This document shows, in pieces, positions 50,626 through 61,945 of a DNA stretch of 64,000 bases. The first letter of the stretch is position 1. Each line of letters opens with the position of its first letter. Source of the stretch: an uncultured Gammaproteobacteria bacterium (GTDB lineage Bacteria; Pseudomonadota; Gammaproteobacteria; Arenicellales; JAANXG01); assembly GCA_963731035.1 (NCBI GenBank), contig CAVSUY010000028.1, positions 139,647 to 203,646 of the forward strand, given 5' to 3'. The position numbers were made by a program, and so were the translations under genes. Below the pieces are notes generated by a model. That model was not told where the DNA came from. It saw nothing but the letters and a program-made list of their open reading frames with translations, and searched no databases.

Positions 50626-51069
50626 ATGTCGACAATCCTTGTCATGCACGGACCCAATCTGAATCTGCTGGGCTCCCGGGAGCCCGAGCATTACGGCAGC
50701 GTATCGCTCGAAGACATCAATCGCGGCCTGAAAACAATCGCGGATTTGGCGGGCCACAAGCTCGTGTGCGTGCAGAGCAACGCCGAGCATGAACTCGTCG
50801 ACCGGATACAGGCGGCTGCGGGCAGGGAGGATTTCATCATCATCAATCCCGCCGCTTACACGCACACCAGCGTTGCGCTCCGCGACGCCCTGGCCGCTGT
50901 TAGAATTCCCTTCATCGAAGTACACCTGTCGAACGTGCACTCGCGAGAGCCCTTCAGGCGCCACTCCTATCTGTCCGACCTGGCAGTCGGCGTGATTACC
51001 GGGCTGGGCGCGAAGGGTTACGAGCTGGCCCTGCAGGCGGCGTTTGAACTACTCAGCGAGAAATCGTGA
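50626..51069 (+). CDS. aroQ: Type II 3-dehydroquinate dehydratase
   Basis: [38 protein letters not shown] and [15 protein letters not shown]. Confidence 0.96.
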   Translation: MSTILVMHGPNLNLLGSREPEHYGSVSLEDINRGLKTIADLAGHKLVCVQSNAEHELVDRIQAAAGREDFIIINPAAYTHTSVALRDALAAVRIPFIEVHLSNVHSREPFRRHSYLSDLAVGVITGLGAKGYELALQAAFELLSEKS

Positions 51070-51560
51070 TGGATCTTAGAAAAGTCAAAAAACTGATCGA
51101 GCTGCTGGAGGAATCGAACCTGAATGAAATGGAGATCCGGGAAGGCGAGGAATCCATCCGATTGAGCCGTGGTTTCGGTGTCCAGCACCCCCAGGCGATG
51201 ATGCCGGTGGCGGCGCCCGAAGGGTATCACCCGGGCGCCGCGCGTCCTGGCGGGGCGGGACATGGCGCCGGCCGCGGCGCGGGCCATGAAGACGACGAGC
51301 CGGCACAGGGGTCCGACATACCGAGTGGCCACCAGGTCACCTCTCCCATGGTCGGCACCTACTATGCCTCGCCAGAACCCAGCGCCGAGCCTTACGTCAC
51401 GGTCGGCAGCACGGTGTCCCAGGGCGAAACCTTGTGCGTCATCGAGGCGATGAAGATTTTCAACCAGATCGAATCGGACGCCGCGGGCACCGTGGTCTAT
51501 ATCCAGAAGGATAACGGAGAAGCCGTCGAATACGGCGAACTCCTTTTCGTCATCCAGTGA
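51069..51560 (+). CDS. accB: Acetyl-CoA carboxylase biotin carboxyl carrier protein
   Basis: Biotinyl-lysine motif CVIEAMKIFNQIE. The ATG overlaps the aroQ stop as TGATG. Confidence 0.93.
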   Translation: MDLRKVKKLIELLEESNLNEMEIREGEESIRLSRGFGVQHPQAMMPVAAPEGYHPGAARPGGAGHGAGRGAGHEDDEPAQGSDIPSGHQVTSPMVGTYYASPEPSAEPYVTVGSTVSQGETLCVIEAMKIFNQIESDAAGTVVYIQKDNGEAVEYGELLFVIQ

Positions 51561-51578
51561 CCGTGTGATTCGAAGGTC

Positions 51579-52922
51579 ATGATCGACAAGCTGGTTATCG
51601 CCAACCGCGGCGAAATCGCGTTGCGCATCCAGCGGGCCTGCCGGGAGCTCGGCATCCGCACCGTGGCGGTGCACTCCGAGGCCGACCGCGATGCCAAGCA
51701 CGTCAAGCTGTCCGACGAATCGGTGTGCATCGGTCCGCCGCCTGCCCGCGACAGCTACCTGAACATTCCGGCGGTGATCGCCGCCGCCGAGGTGACGGCG
51801 GCTTCCGCCATCCACCCCGGCTACGGCTTCCTTGCAGAGAACGCCGATTTCGCCGAGCGCGTGGAGGAGAGTGGCTTCATTTTCGTCGGCCCGCGCCCGG
51901 AAACCATACGCCTGATGGGCGACAAGGTTTCCGCCATCAACGCCATGCGCAAGTCCGGCGTCCCCTGCGTTCCCGGATCCAACGGGCCTCTCAATGACGA
52001 CGACGAGCGGACCCTGCGTATCGCCATCGAAATCGGGTATCCGGTCATTATCAAGGCGGCCGGCGGCGGCGGCGGGAAGGGCATGCGTGTGGTGCGGGAC
52101 GAGGCCTCGCTGCTGAGCGCCATCGCCCTCACTATGTCCGAGGCACGCGCCGCCTTCGGCAACGACACGGTGTACATGGAGAAATTCCTGGAACGGCCGA
52201 GACATGTCGAGTACCAGGTGATGGCCGACGAGCACGGCAACGCGGTGCACTACGGCAACCGCGACTGTTCCATGCAGCGCCGCCACCAGAAGGTCATCGA
52301 GGAGGCGCCGGCTCCCGGCATCAACCCCAGCCTGCGGGAGGAGATGGGCGAGCGTTGCGCCGAGGCCTGCAGGCGGATTGGCTACCGCGGCGCGGGCACC
52401 TTCGAGTTCCTGTTCCAGGATGACGAGTTCTTCTTTATCGAGATGAACACCCGTATCCAGGTGGAGCACCCCGTGACGGAGCGGATCACCGGCGTGGACC
52501 TGGTGAAACAGCAGATCAGGGTGGCGGCCGGGGAGCGGCTGCCCCTGACCCAGGATCAGATCGAGTTCACGGGCCACGCCCTCGAGTGCCGGATAAACGC
52601 GGAGGATCCCGAGACGTTCACCCCTTCGCCGGGCAGGATCGTTCAGTACCACGCGCCGGGCGGTCCGGGCATTCGGGTCGATTCCCATATCTACAATAAC
52701 TACGTGGTACCGCCCTATTACGATTCACTGATAGGAAAAGTCATCGCCTACGGAAGCGATCGCAACGAAGCCCTGGCGCGCATGGTGCGAGCCCTGGAAG
52801 AGATGGTGGTCGACGGTGTGAGCACCAATATCCCGCTGCACCAGATCATCCTCGCGGATCCCGATTTCCGGCGTATGAACTTCAACATCCATCACCTGGA
52901 AAACAACATCCTCAAGCGCTGA
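51579..52922 (+). CDS. accC: Acetyl-CoA carboxylase biotin carboxylase subunit
   Basis: 447 aa of canonical sequence, including [21 protein letters not shown] and [14 protein letters not shown]. Confidence 0.98.
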   Translation: MIDKLVIANRGEIALRIQRACRELGIRTVAVHSEADRDAKHVKLSDESVCIGPPPARDSYLNIPAVIAAAEVTAASAIHPGYGFLAENADFAERVEESGFIFVGPRPETIRLMGDKVSAINAMRKSGVPCVPGSNGPLNDDDERTLRIAIEIGYPVIIKAAGGGGGKGMRVVRDEASLLSAIALTMSEARAAFGNDTVYMEKFLERPRHVEYQVMADEHGNAVHYGNRDCSMQRRHQKVIEEAPAPGINPSLREEMGERCAEACRRIGYRGAGTFEFLFQDDEFFFIEMNTRIQVEHPVTERITGVDLVKQQIRVAAGERLPLTQDQIEFTGHALECRINAEDPETFTPSPGRIVQYHAPGGPGIRVDSHIYNNYVVPPYYDSLIGKVIAYGSDRNEALARMVRALEEMVVDGVSTNIPLHQIILADPDFRRMNFNIHHLENNILKR

Positions 52923-52925
52923 TCC

Positions 52926-53798
52926 GTGTCCTACCTGCAGCTCCGCTTCCTTGTCCAGCGAGACCGCGCCGACGAGCTGAGCGGCGCCCTGCAGGATCTT
53001 GGCGCCTTGTCGGTGACCTGGGAGAACGCGGGTGACGACGCCTACTTCGAGGTCGCTTATCCGAGTGAGCCCGACTGGTTGCGCGTATGCGTCACCGGCC
53101 TGTTCGAATCGACCTGCAATCCCGAATTGCTGGCACAGGAGCTCAGCGGCCGTATTCGCGAGGAACTGGTGCCCCGGATCGAGCCGCTGGAGGACCAGGA
53201 CTGGGAACGCGTGTGGCTCGAGCGCTTTCAGCCGCGCAAGTACCGGGGAGACCTGTGGGTGTGCCCGAGCTGGGCGGAGCCGCCGGACCCGCTCGCCACC
53301 AACCTGGTCCTGGATCCCGGCCTGGCCTTCGGCACCGGCGACCATGCCACCACCGCCCTGTGCCTGGACTGGATATCCGAGTGCGAGTGGACCGGCAGCA
53401 CCATCCTGGACTACGGTTGCGGCTCTGGCATACTCGCCATCGCCTGCCTGCTCAAGGGTGCCTCCGCAGCGATCGGGGTCGACCTCGATCCGCGAGCCCT
53501 GGCGGCCGGCGTCGCCAACGCCGAACGCAACGGCGTCGGCGACAGGTACAGGGCGTTGGCGCCCGACGAAGTTGCGGAAGATCTGCGCGCGGATCTTGTG
53601 GTGGCGAACATCCTTTCGAGCGTTCTGGTCGAACTCTCCGGCGTGCTGACCCGCAGCGCCCGTCCGAATGGACTGCTGCTGCTCAGTGGGATCCTCGAAG
53701 AGCATGGCCCTGAGGTCGAGTCGGCGTACGCGCCGTCGTTCACCTTCGAAAGGCAATCGCGCGACGGATGGTGCTTGTTGATCGGGCGGAAATGTTGA
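52926..53798 (+). CDS. prmA: Ribosomal protein L11 methyltransferase
   Basis: 290 aa from a GTG start. LDPGLAFGTGDHATT and the SAM motif LDYGCGSGILA. Confidence 0.93.
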   Translation: MSYLQLRFLVQRDRADELSGALQDLGALSVTWENAGDDAYFEVAYPSEPDWLRVCVTGLFESTCNPELLAQELSGRIREELVPRIEPLEDQDWERVWLERFQPRKYRGDLWVCPSWAEPPDPLATNLVLDPGLAFGTGDHATTALCLDWISECEWTGSTILDYGCGSGILAIACLLKGASAAIGVDLDPRALAAGVANAERNGVGDRYRALAPDEVAEDLRADLVVANILSSVLVELSGVLTRSARPNGLLLLSGILEEHGPEVESAYAPSFTFERQSRDGWCLLIGRKC

Positions 53799-53931
53799 AT
53801 ACAGTCGCCGTCCCGGCTGCTTCGGTGGGCGCCTGAACCATGGCGCGCGCCTGGGCCCGGATCAGGAAAGCGCGCGGCAAATCGATCGATTCTCGAATAG
53901 AATGGCGACCGGGCTCGCGCCCGTAGGTCCT

Positions 53932-55254
53932 ATGTACAGCCAGTGTCCACAATGCCAGGCGATCTTCAACGTGCCCGAATCGCACATCGGCGCGCATCAG
54001 GGCCTGGTGCGCTGCGGGCGGTGCCAGGCGATATTTCACGCGGTCACGAACAAGGTCGACGGACTGGAGGTCCTCGACGAGCGGCGTGCCGCCACGGGGA
54101 AACCTTCAGAACCGGAACCGTCACCGGCAGCGGAGCGTCATCAGCCGGCGGCGCCCGGCCCCGATTCTTCCGCGAACCGCGCCTTGGACACCGAACGGGA
54201 GCCGTCAGCGGCCGCTGACGTCGCCGCGCCGGACGAAACCGGTGCGTCCCTGGAGTCCACCGGACCCGGGGTCAATCTGTACGAGGAGGACACGTTCCCC
54301 GGGACCTACGATGACGCCGCCGACGAGGAGACGGAAGGGGAACAGGAGCCGGCCGAGGTCGCGCAGCAAGAACCGGAAGAGGGGGATGCGCCGGATCGAC
54401 ACGAGAATGTGGAGACCGATGAAGAGCGGGAAGCGGACCGGGTCGAACTCGTTGTTCCAAGTCCTGGAGAGGCCGCCGCCGAGGACGACCACTTCACCGG
54501 AGAGGTGGAGGAGATCGTGATCGAGGCGCCGCCGGTGTTATGGAACGCATTCGACGAAGAGGTCGAAGACGACGTCGACAATGCCGCGGATACCAGCGCT
54601 TCTGCGACCGGCGGGTCAGGAGGCGCCGGGGCGGCAACGACCCCCCGCCGCGTGCCTGCTGCCGCCGCGACCCGAGGCGCCGCCGCGTCCGGCGAACGCA
54701 AGCTGCGTTTGAAATCGCCGTATCGGGCCAGGGACGTGCGGATGGTGGAGCTGCCCCACCCCAGGCCCTTTAAAACGGCGTCGCTTTCCCTGTTGTCGGT
54801 GTTTCTGGTCCTGCTGCTGGTGTGGCAGGTCAAGACGTTTTACCTCGATGCCCTGGCCCAGTTTCCCATCGCCCGGCCTTACCTGGAGATCGTCTGCCGG
54901 CCCCTGGGATGTGCCATGCCGCCGCGGCGGAATTTCGCGGACATCGACCTCGTCGGCACCAGCATCAATGTCAATCCCGAGGTTCCCGGCGCCCTGCAAA
55001 TCAACGCCAGCCTCATGAACCGGGCGCATTTCCCCCAGCCTTATCCGCCGCTGCGCGTCACCTTGACCGACCGCGACGGGCGCATCGTGGGCCGGCGCAC
55101 CTATCTGCCTTCGGAGTATCACCCTGATGGTGTATCGCAACTCTTGCCCATCAAGGCGAAGCGCGATGTATCCATCAATCTGGCGCAGCCCGCGGAGAAC
55201 GCGGTGGGCTACGAAGTGGAACTGGTCGCTCCGGTGTCCGGCAGTTCGCAGTAG
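53932..55254 (+). CDS. Zinc-ribbon (MJ0042-type) / DUF3426 protein with a long acidic linker
   Basis: MYSQCPQCQAIFNVPESHIGAHQGLVRCGRCQAIFHA, then an Asp/Glu/Pro-rich region, one TM helix and a DUF3426-like C-terminus. Confidence 0.8.
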   Translation: MYSQCPQCQAIFNVPESHIGAHQGLVRCGRCQAIFHAVTNKVDGLEVLDERRAATGKPSEPEPSPAAERHQPAAPGPDSSANRALDTEREPSAAADVAAPDETGASLESTGPGVNLYEEDTFPGTYDDAADEETEGEQEPAEVAQQEPEEGDAPDRHENVETDEEREADRVELVVPSPGEAAAEDDHFTGEVEEIVIEAPPVLWNAFDEEVEDDVDNAADTSASATGGSGGAGAATTPRRVPAAAATRGAAASGERKLRLKSPYRARDVRMVELPHPRPFKTASLSLLSVFLVLLLVWQVKTFYLDALAQFPIARPYLEIVCRPLGCAMPPRRNFADIDLVGTSINVNPEVPGALQINASLMNRAHFPQPYPPLRVTLTDRDGRIVGRRTYLPSEYHPDGVSQLLPIKAKRDVSINLAQPAENAVGYEVELVAPVSGSSQ

Positions 55255-55655
55255 CCAGGGTCCCGGTTGCGGGTGGTGGCCCCGCAAAACAGAGGGATAA
55301 CTCTTCTTCTTAAAGATCTTTGTGATCCATTTGGCGGAGACGCGTCGGGTGTGATCGAACGCACATTGTCTCGAAGCGACACTCCGTCGAGAAAAATTAT
55401 GTTCAATTCATGTCGAGCCTTTTTTCAATCGTGCGGAACCAGTATCATAGGTTTCCATCGGAGCGAGGCGTCACCGCTTCGATGGCGGGACGGTCGTCGA
55501 AGTCATGCATAGTTCCCCGGAGCGGGGGAACAACAAAACGAGTTCGTTTTCTTTCATTGATCCTGTACCGGGATGTTCCATCAATGTCGGTGAGTGCGAA
55601 CAACGCGGAATCCCTCGGTAAGGTGGAGGAATCCCGCAAGTTTCTCTTCGCTTGA

Positions 55656-56636
55656 ATGAATATTGGTTCCTATCAATTGCCGGGCAATGTAGTGGCTGCG
55701 CCCATGGCGGGGATTACAGACCTGCCCTATCGAAAGCTGTGCAGCCGGTTCGGCGCTTCCCTCACGGTCTGCGAGATGGTCCATTCAGACCCGGCGCTGC
55801 GGCACGGCTCCAAGTCGCGGCTGCGCGGCAACCACGAGGGGGAGCGGGCGCCGGTGGTGGCCCAGCTGCTGGGAACGGAGCCGGATTTGCTGGCGGACGC
55901 GGCCCGGTACAACGTGGACCGGGGGGCCCACATTATCGATATCAACATGGGTTGCCCGGCCAAGAAGGTCTGCAACAAGCTGGCCGGATCGGCCCTGCTC
56001 GCCGACGAGGACAGGGTTGCGCGCATCCTGGAGGCGGTGGTCAAGGCAGTGGAGGTGCCGGTCACCGTGAAGATACGCACCGGGCCGGAGCCCTCGAACC
56101 GCAACGGCGTGCGGGTCGCATGCATCGCGGAGCAGGCGGGCATCCAGGCGATAGCGGTCCACGGCCGCACCCGGGCTTGCAAGTACGGGGGCGAGGCGGA
56201 GTACGACATGATACGGAGAATCAAGCAGGCGGTGGGCATTCCCGTCATCGCCAACGGCGACATCGATTCGCCGGAAAAGGCACGAAGCGTTCTGGAATAC
56301 ACGGGCGCCGATGCGGTGATGATCGGCCGGCCCGCCCAGGGAAGGCCATGGCTGTTCGGGCAGATCCGCGACCATCTCGCAGGGGGGGTGGTTCGTGAGC
56401 CCGGTTTTCAGGAGCGGGCGGAAGCGGTGCTGGAGCATGTGGAAGCACTCCATGCTTTCTACGGTACGAGCATGGGTGTGCGTGTCGCCCGCAAGCACAT
56501 TTCCTGGTACATAAAAAATATGAGGGGCGGGGAGAATTTCTGGAGAGAAATCAACCATATAGACACCACCAAAGAGCAAAAGCGCATGCTGAACATATTC
56601 TTACAGAATCAAATGTCGCTGCCCCAGGCCGCATGA
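55656..56636 (+). CDS. dusB: tRNA-dihydrouridine synthase B
   Basis: APMAGITDLPYRKLC, DINMGCPAKKV and VTVKIRTG. The stop overlaps the fis ATG as ATGA. Confidence 0.95.
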   Translation: MNIGSYQLPGNVVAAPMAGITDLPYRKLCSRFGASLTVCEMVHSDPALRHGSKSRLRGNHEGERAPVVAQLLGTEPDLLADAARYNVDRGAHIIDINMGCPAKKVCNKLAGSALLADEDRVARILEAVVKAVEVPVTVKIRTGPEPSNRNGVRVACIAEQAGIQAIAVHGRTRACKYGGEAEYDMIRRIKQAVGIPVIANGDIDSPEKARSVLEYTGADAVMIGRPAQGRPWLFGQIRDHLAGGVVREPGFQERAEAVLEHVEALHAFYGTSMGVRVARKHISWYIKNMRGGENFWREINHIDTTKEQKRMLNIFLQNQMSLPQAA

Positions 56637-56875
56637 ACCCCAAGACGCACATACCGCTTTGCCAGAGCGTCCGTGGTTCGTTGAAGCGATACTTCAAGGA
56701 TTTGAACGGCGAGGAGCCGGTCAATCTGCACTACATGGTCATGTCAGAGGTGGAAAAGCCGTTGCTCGAGCTCGTCATGGAACGGGCGGAGAGCAACCAG
56801 ACGCGGGCCGCGAGGATGTTGGGCATCAACCGCAACACCCTGCGCAAAAAGCTCAAGTTCTACAAGCTGGAGTGA
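56633..56875 (+). CDS. fis: DNA-binding protein Fis
   Basis: 80 aa with the C-terminal HTH NQTRAARMLGINRNTLRKKLK. Confidence 0.93.
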   Translation: MNPKTHIPLCQSVRGSLKRYFKDLNGEEPVNLHYMVMSEVEKPLLELVMERAESNQTRAARMLGINRNTLRKKLKFYKLE

Positions 56876-56893
56876 CCCTCCGGTCCGTGCTGC

Positions 56894-58456
56894 ATGACGA
56901 ATAAAGTAGTGGTCCGAAGGGCGCTGCTCAGCGTTTCCGACAAGACCGGAATCGTCGAGCTCGCCCGCCGCCTGCATCAGGATGGGGCGGAGATCCTGTC
57001 GACCGGCGGCACTGCGGCGCTGCTGCGCGAGCAGCAGGTGCCCGTGGTCGAGGTAGCGGACTTCACGGGATCGCCGGAAGCCATGGGCGGCCGCGTCAAG
57101 ACGCTGCACCCGAAGATCCACGGCGGTATTCTCGGACGCCGGGGCATTGACGACGAGGAGATGGAGCGGCACGGCTTCGAGCCCATCGATCTCGTAGTGG
57201 TAAACCTGTATCCCTTCGAGCAGACCGTGGCCCGTCCCGACTGTACGTTTGACGAGGCGGTCGAGAACATCGACATCGGCGGCCCCACCATGATCCGCGC
57301 CGCCGCCAAGAACCACGCCCACGTGGCGGTGGTGGTGGACCACGAGGATTACCAGACGCTGCTCGACGAGCTCGAGCAGGCCGGGGAGATCAGCCTCGAT
57401 ACCCGCCTGCGGCTGGCTCGAAAAGCCTTCGAGTGCACGGCCCGCTACGACGATGCCATTGCCAACTACTTCGGCACCAGCCGGGAGCCGAACGAGCATT
57501 TCCCGCTCACCTTCAATCGCCAGTACCTGCAGGTTCAATCCCTGCGCTACGGAGAGAACCCGCACCAGAACGCCGCTTTCTACCGTGATCTCAGCGTGGA
57601 CGACGCGTGCATCGCGACGGCGCGCCAATGGTCCGGCAAGGAGTTGTCCTACAACAACATCGCGGACGCCGACGCCGCTCTCCAGTGCGTCAAGCAGTTC
57701 GTGGAACGCAGCGCCTGCGTCATCGTCAAGCACGCCAATCCCTGCGGCGTTGCCGTCGCCGAAAACCCGGCGGAAGCCTACGAGCACGCCTACCGGACAG
57801 ACCCCGAATCGTCGTTCGGCGGCATCGTCGCCTTCAATCGGACGCTGGATGCGCAGACCGCGCAGCTGATCATCGAGCGTCAGTTCGTGGAGGTGATCAT
57901 CGCCCCCGAGGTGGATGTGGACGTGCCGGAGATCGTGTCGCGCAAGAAGAATGTGCGCCTGCTGACTTGCGGCGCCTGGCAGCCAGAGCCGCCGGCGTGG
58001 TATGACTACAAGCGCGTGTGCGGAGGGCTGCTGGTCCAGGACGCCGACCTCGCATTGTGGAAGGAGCTGAAGACCGTCACCGAGACGCAGCCGGGCGAGG
58101 ACATCATGCGCGACCTGGTGTTCGCCTGGAAGGTCGCGAAGTACGTGAAGTCCAACGCCATCGTCTACGCGAAAGACGAGGCCACCGTGGGGGTCGGCGC
58201 CGGACAGATGAGCCGGGTCAACTCGGCGCGCATCGCCGCCATCAAGGCGCAGCATGCCGGCCTGGTGGTGGCCGGCTCGGTAATGGCTTCGGATGCCTTC
58301 TTCCCATTCCGCGACGCCATCGACACGGCGGCCGGCGAGGGCATCCGCGCGGTGATACAGCCCGGCGGCTCCATGCGTGACGAGGAGGTTATCCAGGCCT
58401 GCAACGAAAACGGCATCGCCATGGTCTTCACCGGCATGCGGCATTTCCGGCATTGA
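56894..58456 (+). CDS. purH: Bifunctional AICAR transformylase / IMP cyclohydrolase
   Basis: 520 aa. [25 protein letters not shown] and a QPGGSMRD...GMRHFRH tail. Confidence 0.98.
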   Translation: MTNKVVVRRALLSVSDKTGIVELARRLHQDGAEILSTGGTAALLREQQVPVVEVADFTGSPEAMGGRVKTLHPKIHGGILGRRGIDDEEMERHGFEPIDLVVVNLYPFEQTVARPDCTFDEAVENIDIGGPTMIRAAAKNHAHVAVVVDHEDYQTLLDELEQAGEISLDTRLRLARKAFECTARYDDAIANYFGTSREPNEHFPLTFNRQYLQVQSLRYGENPHQNAAFYRDLSVDDACIATARQWSGKELSYNNIADADAALQCVKQFVERSACVIVKHANPCGVAVAENPAEAYEHAYRTDPESSFGGIVAFNRTLDAQTAQLIIERQFVEVIIAPEVDVDVPEIVSRKKNVRLLTCGAWQPEPPAWYDYKRVCGGLLVQDADLALWKELKTVTETQPGEDIMRDLVFAWKVAKYVKSNAIVYAKDEATVGVGAGQMSRVNSARIAAIKAQHAGLVVAGSVMASDAFFPFRDAIDTAAGEGIRAVIQPGGSMRDEEVIQACNENGIAMVFTGMRHFRH

Positions 58457-58465
58457 CCGGGCCCG

Positions 58466-58535
58466 CCCCAAAGTCCCCTCTCCCTTGAGAAGGGGGACGG
58501 CGCGCACGTTTCCTCTGCCCACCGGGGAGAGCCTC
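58466..58535. repeat. REP-like hairpins of the CCCTCTCCC...GGGAGAGG type (two imperfect copies)
   Basis: CCCCTCTCCCTTGAGAAGGGGGA and TCCTCTGCCCACCGGGGAGAG. Same family as 2545-2730. Confidence 0.6.
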
Positions 58536-58569
58536 CTGACAAGAACATGAACACAACAGGCAACTCCTC

Positions 58570-59871
58570 ATGAAAGTCCTGGTAGTCGGCGGCGGCGGCC
58601 GGGAACATGCGCTGGCCTGGAAGCTGACCCGGTCGCCGAACGCGGAGAAAGTGTTCGTGGCGCCGGGCAACGCCGGCACAGGGCGCGAGCCGGGGGTCGT
58701 GAACATCGATATCGCCGCAACCGACATCCCGGCGCTGGTCGAGTTCGCCGCCGGCCAGGATATCGGCCTGACGGTGATCGGTCCGGAAGCGCCGCTGGTG
58801 GCGGGGATCGTGGACCGATTCCGCGAGCGCGGCCTGCGCTGCTTTGGACCGGGGCCGTCGGCGGCGCGCCTGGAAGGGTCCAAGGACTTTGCCAAGTCGT
58901 TCATGAAGCGGCACGGCATCCCCACCGGCGGATATCGCAGCTTCGAGGACCGGGAATCGGCCGAGGCGCATCTGGAAGAATCCGGCCTGCCCATCGTGAT
59001 CAAGGCCGACGGTCTGGCGGCGGGAAAAGGTGTGACGGTGGCTCACACCCGCGACGAAGCGCTGGCTGCGGTCAGAGACTGTCTCGAAGAGGGGCGCTTC
59101 GGCGAAGCCGGCCGCCGGGTGGTGATCGAGGAGTTCCTGTCCGGAGAGGAGGCCAGCTTCATCTGCATGGTTTCCGGCAACCAGGTGCTGCCGCTGGCCA
59201 GTTCCCAGGACCACAAGGCCCGCGACGACGGGGACAAAGGCCCCAATACCGGCGGCATGGGCGCCTACTCCCCGGCGCCGGTGGTGGACGCCGGCATGCA
59301 CCGGCGCATCATGGACGAAGTGGTTACGCCCACCGTGCGCGGTCTGAGCTCGGAAGGGATCGACTACCTGGGTTTCCTGTACGCCGGGCTGATGATCGCG
59401 GCCGACGGGACGCCCCGGGTCCTGGAGTACAATTGCCGCTTTGGCGACCCGGAAACCCAGCCCATACTGATGCGTCTCGACTCCGACCTCTTGTCGCTGT
59501 GCGAGGCGGCCGTCGACCACCGGCTGGATTCCGCGCGGGTCGAATGGCGGCCCGAAGCGGCCCTTGGCGTGGTAATGGCTGCGGGCGGCTATCCATTCGA
59601 TTACGACAAGGGACATCCGATCCACGGGCTCGAGGGACTGGAGGCGCCGGACCTCAAGGTGTTCCACGCGGGAACCCTCGAGCGCGACGGACGGGTGGTG
59701 ACCGACGGTGGCCGGGTGTTGTGCGTCACCGCACTCGGCCGGACCGTCAAGGACGCGCAGGCGCGCGCCTATCAGGGGGTGAAAGCGATCCGCTGGAAGG
59801 ACGCGTATTACCGGCACGACATCGGTTCGCGGGCCATCGGCCGCGAGCGGGCGTCACCGGAACTCAGTTGA
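58570..59871 (+). CDS. purD: Phosphoribosylamine-glycine ligase
   Basis: [31 protein letters not shown] and RFGDPETQ. Confidence 0.97.
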   Translation: MKVLVVGGGGREHALAWKLTRSPNAEKVFVAPGNAGTGREPGVVNIDIAATDIPALVEFAAGQDIGLTVIGPEAPLVAGIVDRFRERGLRCFGPGPSAARLEGSKDFAKSFMKRHGIPTGGYRSFEDRESAEAHLEESGLPIVIKADGLAAGKGVTVAHTRDEALAAVRDCLEEGRFGEAGRRVVIEEFLSGEEASFICMVSGNQVLPLASSQDHKARDDGDKGPNTGGMGAYSPAPVVDAGMHRRIMDEVVTPTVRGLSSEGIDYLGFLYAGLMIAADGTPRVLEYNCRFGDPETQPILMRLDSDLLSLCEAAVDHRLDSARVEWRPEAALGVVMAAGGYPFDYDKGHPIHGLEGLEAPDLKVFHAGTLERDGRVVTDGGRVLCVTALGRTVKDAQARAYQGVKAIRWKDAYYRHDIGSRAIGRERASPELS

Positions 59872-59905
59872 AATCACCAAAACATTCAGAAGCTAAAGCT
59901 AAACC

Positions 59906-60424
59906 ATGTCAGAGAATTTCGTAGCCGTGTTGATGGGGTCGGATTCGGACCTCGAGACCATGCAGTCCACGCTGGACACCCTGGACAACCTGGAGGTGCC
60001 GTGGGAGGTGAAGATCACCTCCGCCCACCGCACCCCGGACGCCACCCACGCCTACGTGCGGGATGCCGACGAGCGCGGTTGCGCGGTGTTCATCGCCGCG
60101 GCCGGACTTGCCGCCCATCTGGCCGGTACCGTGGCGGGACTGACACTCAAACCGGTCATCGGCGTGCCTATCGATGCCGGGCCTTTGAGGGGACAGGATT
60201 CCCTGTTGTCGACGGTTCAAATGCCGGGCGGTATACCGGTGGCGTGCGTCGCCATCGGCCGCGCCGGCGCCAAAAACGCCGCCTATCTCGCCGCCCAGAT
60301 GCTGGCGCTCTCGGACCCGGCGATGACCGCCCGTCTGCACGACGATCGCCGGGAGAACGCCCAGGCTGTTCTCGCCAAGGACCAGGCTCTGAAGGAAAAG
60401 CTGCGGCACCCGACCAGGCATTAG
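59906..60424 (+). CDS. purE: N5-carboxyaminoimidazole ribonucleotide mutase
   Basis: VAVLMGSDSDLETM, SAHRTPD and AGLAAHLAG..VIGVP. Confidence 0.95.
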   Translation: MSENFVAVLMGSDSDLETMQSTLDTLDNLEVPWEVKITSAHRTPDATHAYVRDADERGCAVFIAAAGLAAHLAGTVAGLTLKPVIGVPIDAGPLRGQDSLLSTVQMPGGIPVACVAIGRAGAKNAAYLAAQMLALSDPAMTARLHDDRRENAQAVLAKDQALKEKLRHPTRH

Positions 60425-60427
60425 CCC

Positions 60428-61018
60428 TTGTCGAACTTTTCCGGCAGCCGACTGCGGGAAGCAGTATGGGCGCTGCGACGCGGCGGGGTGGTGGCCTATC
60501 CCACCGAGGGCTGCTATGGCTTGGGCTGCGATCCCCGCAATGTGCGCGCCGTGCAGAAGATACTGCGTTTGAAGAAACGAAGCCGGCGCCAGGGGCTGAT
60601 CCTGATCGGCGCCCATTGGCGCCACATCGAGCGCTGGGTGGACGCCTCCGACGAGTCCGCCGTCGCCCGGGCGCGGGCGACCTGGCCGGGGCCGAACACC
60701 TGGCTGTTGCCGGCCGCACCGCGGGTGTCCAGTTGGCTCCGAGGCGAGCACGATACCATCGCGGTGCGGATCACCGGCCATCCCCTGGCCGGCGCGTTGT
60801 GCCGGCGTTTCAACTCCGCCATAGTGTCCACCAGCGCCAACCTGCACGGCCGCCGGCCGGCCGCCAGCGCGGCGCAGGTGCGGGACTTGTTCGATGGTAC
60901 CGTCGACGCCGTCGTGGACGGGCGGCTGGGTGGACTGAATGGCCCCACGGAGATACGCGACGCGCGCAGCGGAAAGATTCTTCGTCCGGCCGCCGCCCAT
61001 TCCGATCTTGAACACTGA
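60428..61018 (+). CDS. tsaC: L-threonylcarbamoyladenylate synthase type 1
   Basis: 196 aa from a TTG start. [18 protein letters not shown] and [13 protein letters not shown] (YrdC/Sua5 fold). Confidence 0.88.
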   Translation: MSNFSGSRLREAVWALRRGGVVAYPTEGCYGLGCDPRNVRAVQKILRLKKRSRRQGLILIGAHWRHIERWVDASDESAVARARATWPGPNTWLLPAAPRVSSWLRGEHDTIAVRITGHPLAGALCRRFNSAIVSTSANLHGRRPAASAAQVRDLFDGTVDAVVDGRLGGLNGPTEIRDARSGKILRPAAAHSDLEH

Positions 61019-61928
61019 GCAACTCAACACGGTTATCGCCTACCTCGAGTCCCTGCAGGACGAGGTCTGTCGCGCGCTGCAGTCCGCCGACGGGGTCAAC
61101 GCGTTCCGCGAGGACCGCTGGGAATATGCCCACGGCGGGGGCGGCCGGTCGCGGGTCATGGGAGGGGAATCCGGCGTATTCGAGCAGGTGGGCGTGAACT
61201 TCTCGCACGTCAGCGGCGCCGCGCTGCCCGAGTCGGCGACCGCACGCCGTCCGGCGCTGGCCGGGCGGGACTACCATGCCACCGGCGTGTCGCTGGTAGC
61301 GCACCCGCGCAACCCGTACGTGCCGACTTCGCACATGAACGTACGTTTCATCGTCACGGGGCTGAATACCGATTCGCCGGTGTGGTGGTTCGGCGGCGGC
61401 TTTGACCTCACCCCGTACTATCCCTTTCGTGAGGACGCCATTCATTGGCATCGCACTGCCCGCGACGCCTGCGACGCGTTCGGCGACGGTGTCTATGACC
61501 GCTACAAGCGATGGTGCGACGAGTACTTCTTCATCCGCCACCGCAACGAGACCCGGGGAGTGGGCGGCCTGTTCTTCGACGACCTGAACGAGTGGGAATT
61601 CGAGCGCTGCTTCGGTTTCATGCGCTCGGTGGGCGACCACTACGTTCCGGCCTACCTGCCCATTGTGGAGAGGCGCCGGGACCGGAGCTACACCGAGCGG
61701 GAAAGGGAGTGGCAGCTCTACCGGCGCGGGCGCTACGTGGAATTCAACCTGGTGTACGACCGCGGCACGTTGTTCGGGCTGCAGTCGGGCGGCCGGGTGG
61801 AATCCATACTGATGTCCATGCCGCCGCTCGCTGCCTGGCGCTACAACTACTCGCCGGACCCGGGCTCGCCGGAGGCAGACCTGTTGGAGAACTACCTGTC
61901 CGGCCGCGACTGGCTGGAAAGCGGCTGA
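61008..61928 (+). CDS. hemF: Oxygen-dependent coproporphyrinogen-III oxidase
   Basis: [49 protein letters not shown] and [20 protein letters not shown]. The start is uncertain. The ORF-track ATG at 60939 would overlap tsaC by 80 nt, so I prefer the TTG at 61008. Confidence 0.9.
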   Translation: MNTEQLNTVIAYLESLQDEVCRALQSADGVNAFREDRWEYAHGGGGRSRVMGGESGVFEQVGVNFSHVSGAALPESATARRPALAGRDYHATGVSLVAHPRNPYVPTSHMNVRFIVTGLNTDSPVWWFGGGFDLTPYYPFREDAIHWHRTARDACDAFGDGVYDRYKRWCDEYFFIRHRNETRGVGGLFFDDLNEWEFERCFGFMRSVGDHYVPAYLPIVERRRDRSYTEREREWQLYRRGRYVEFNLVYDRGTLFGLQSGGRVESILMSMPPLAAWRYNYSPDPGSPEADLLENYLSGRDWLESG

Positions 61929-61945
61929 GCGGGGCGGCGTCTGGG

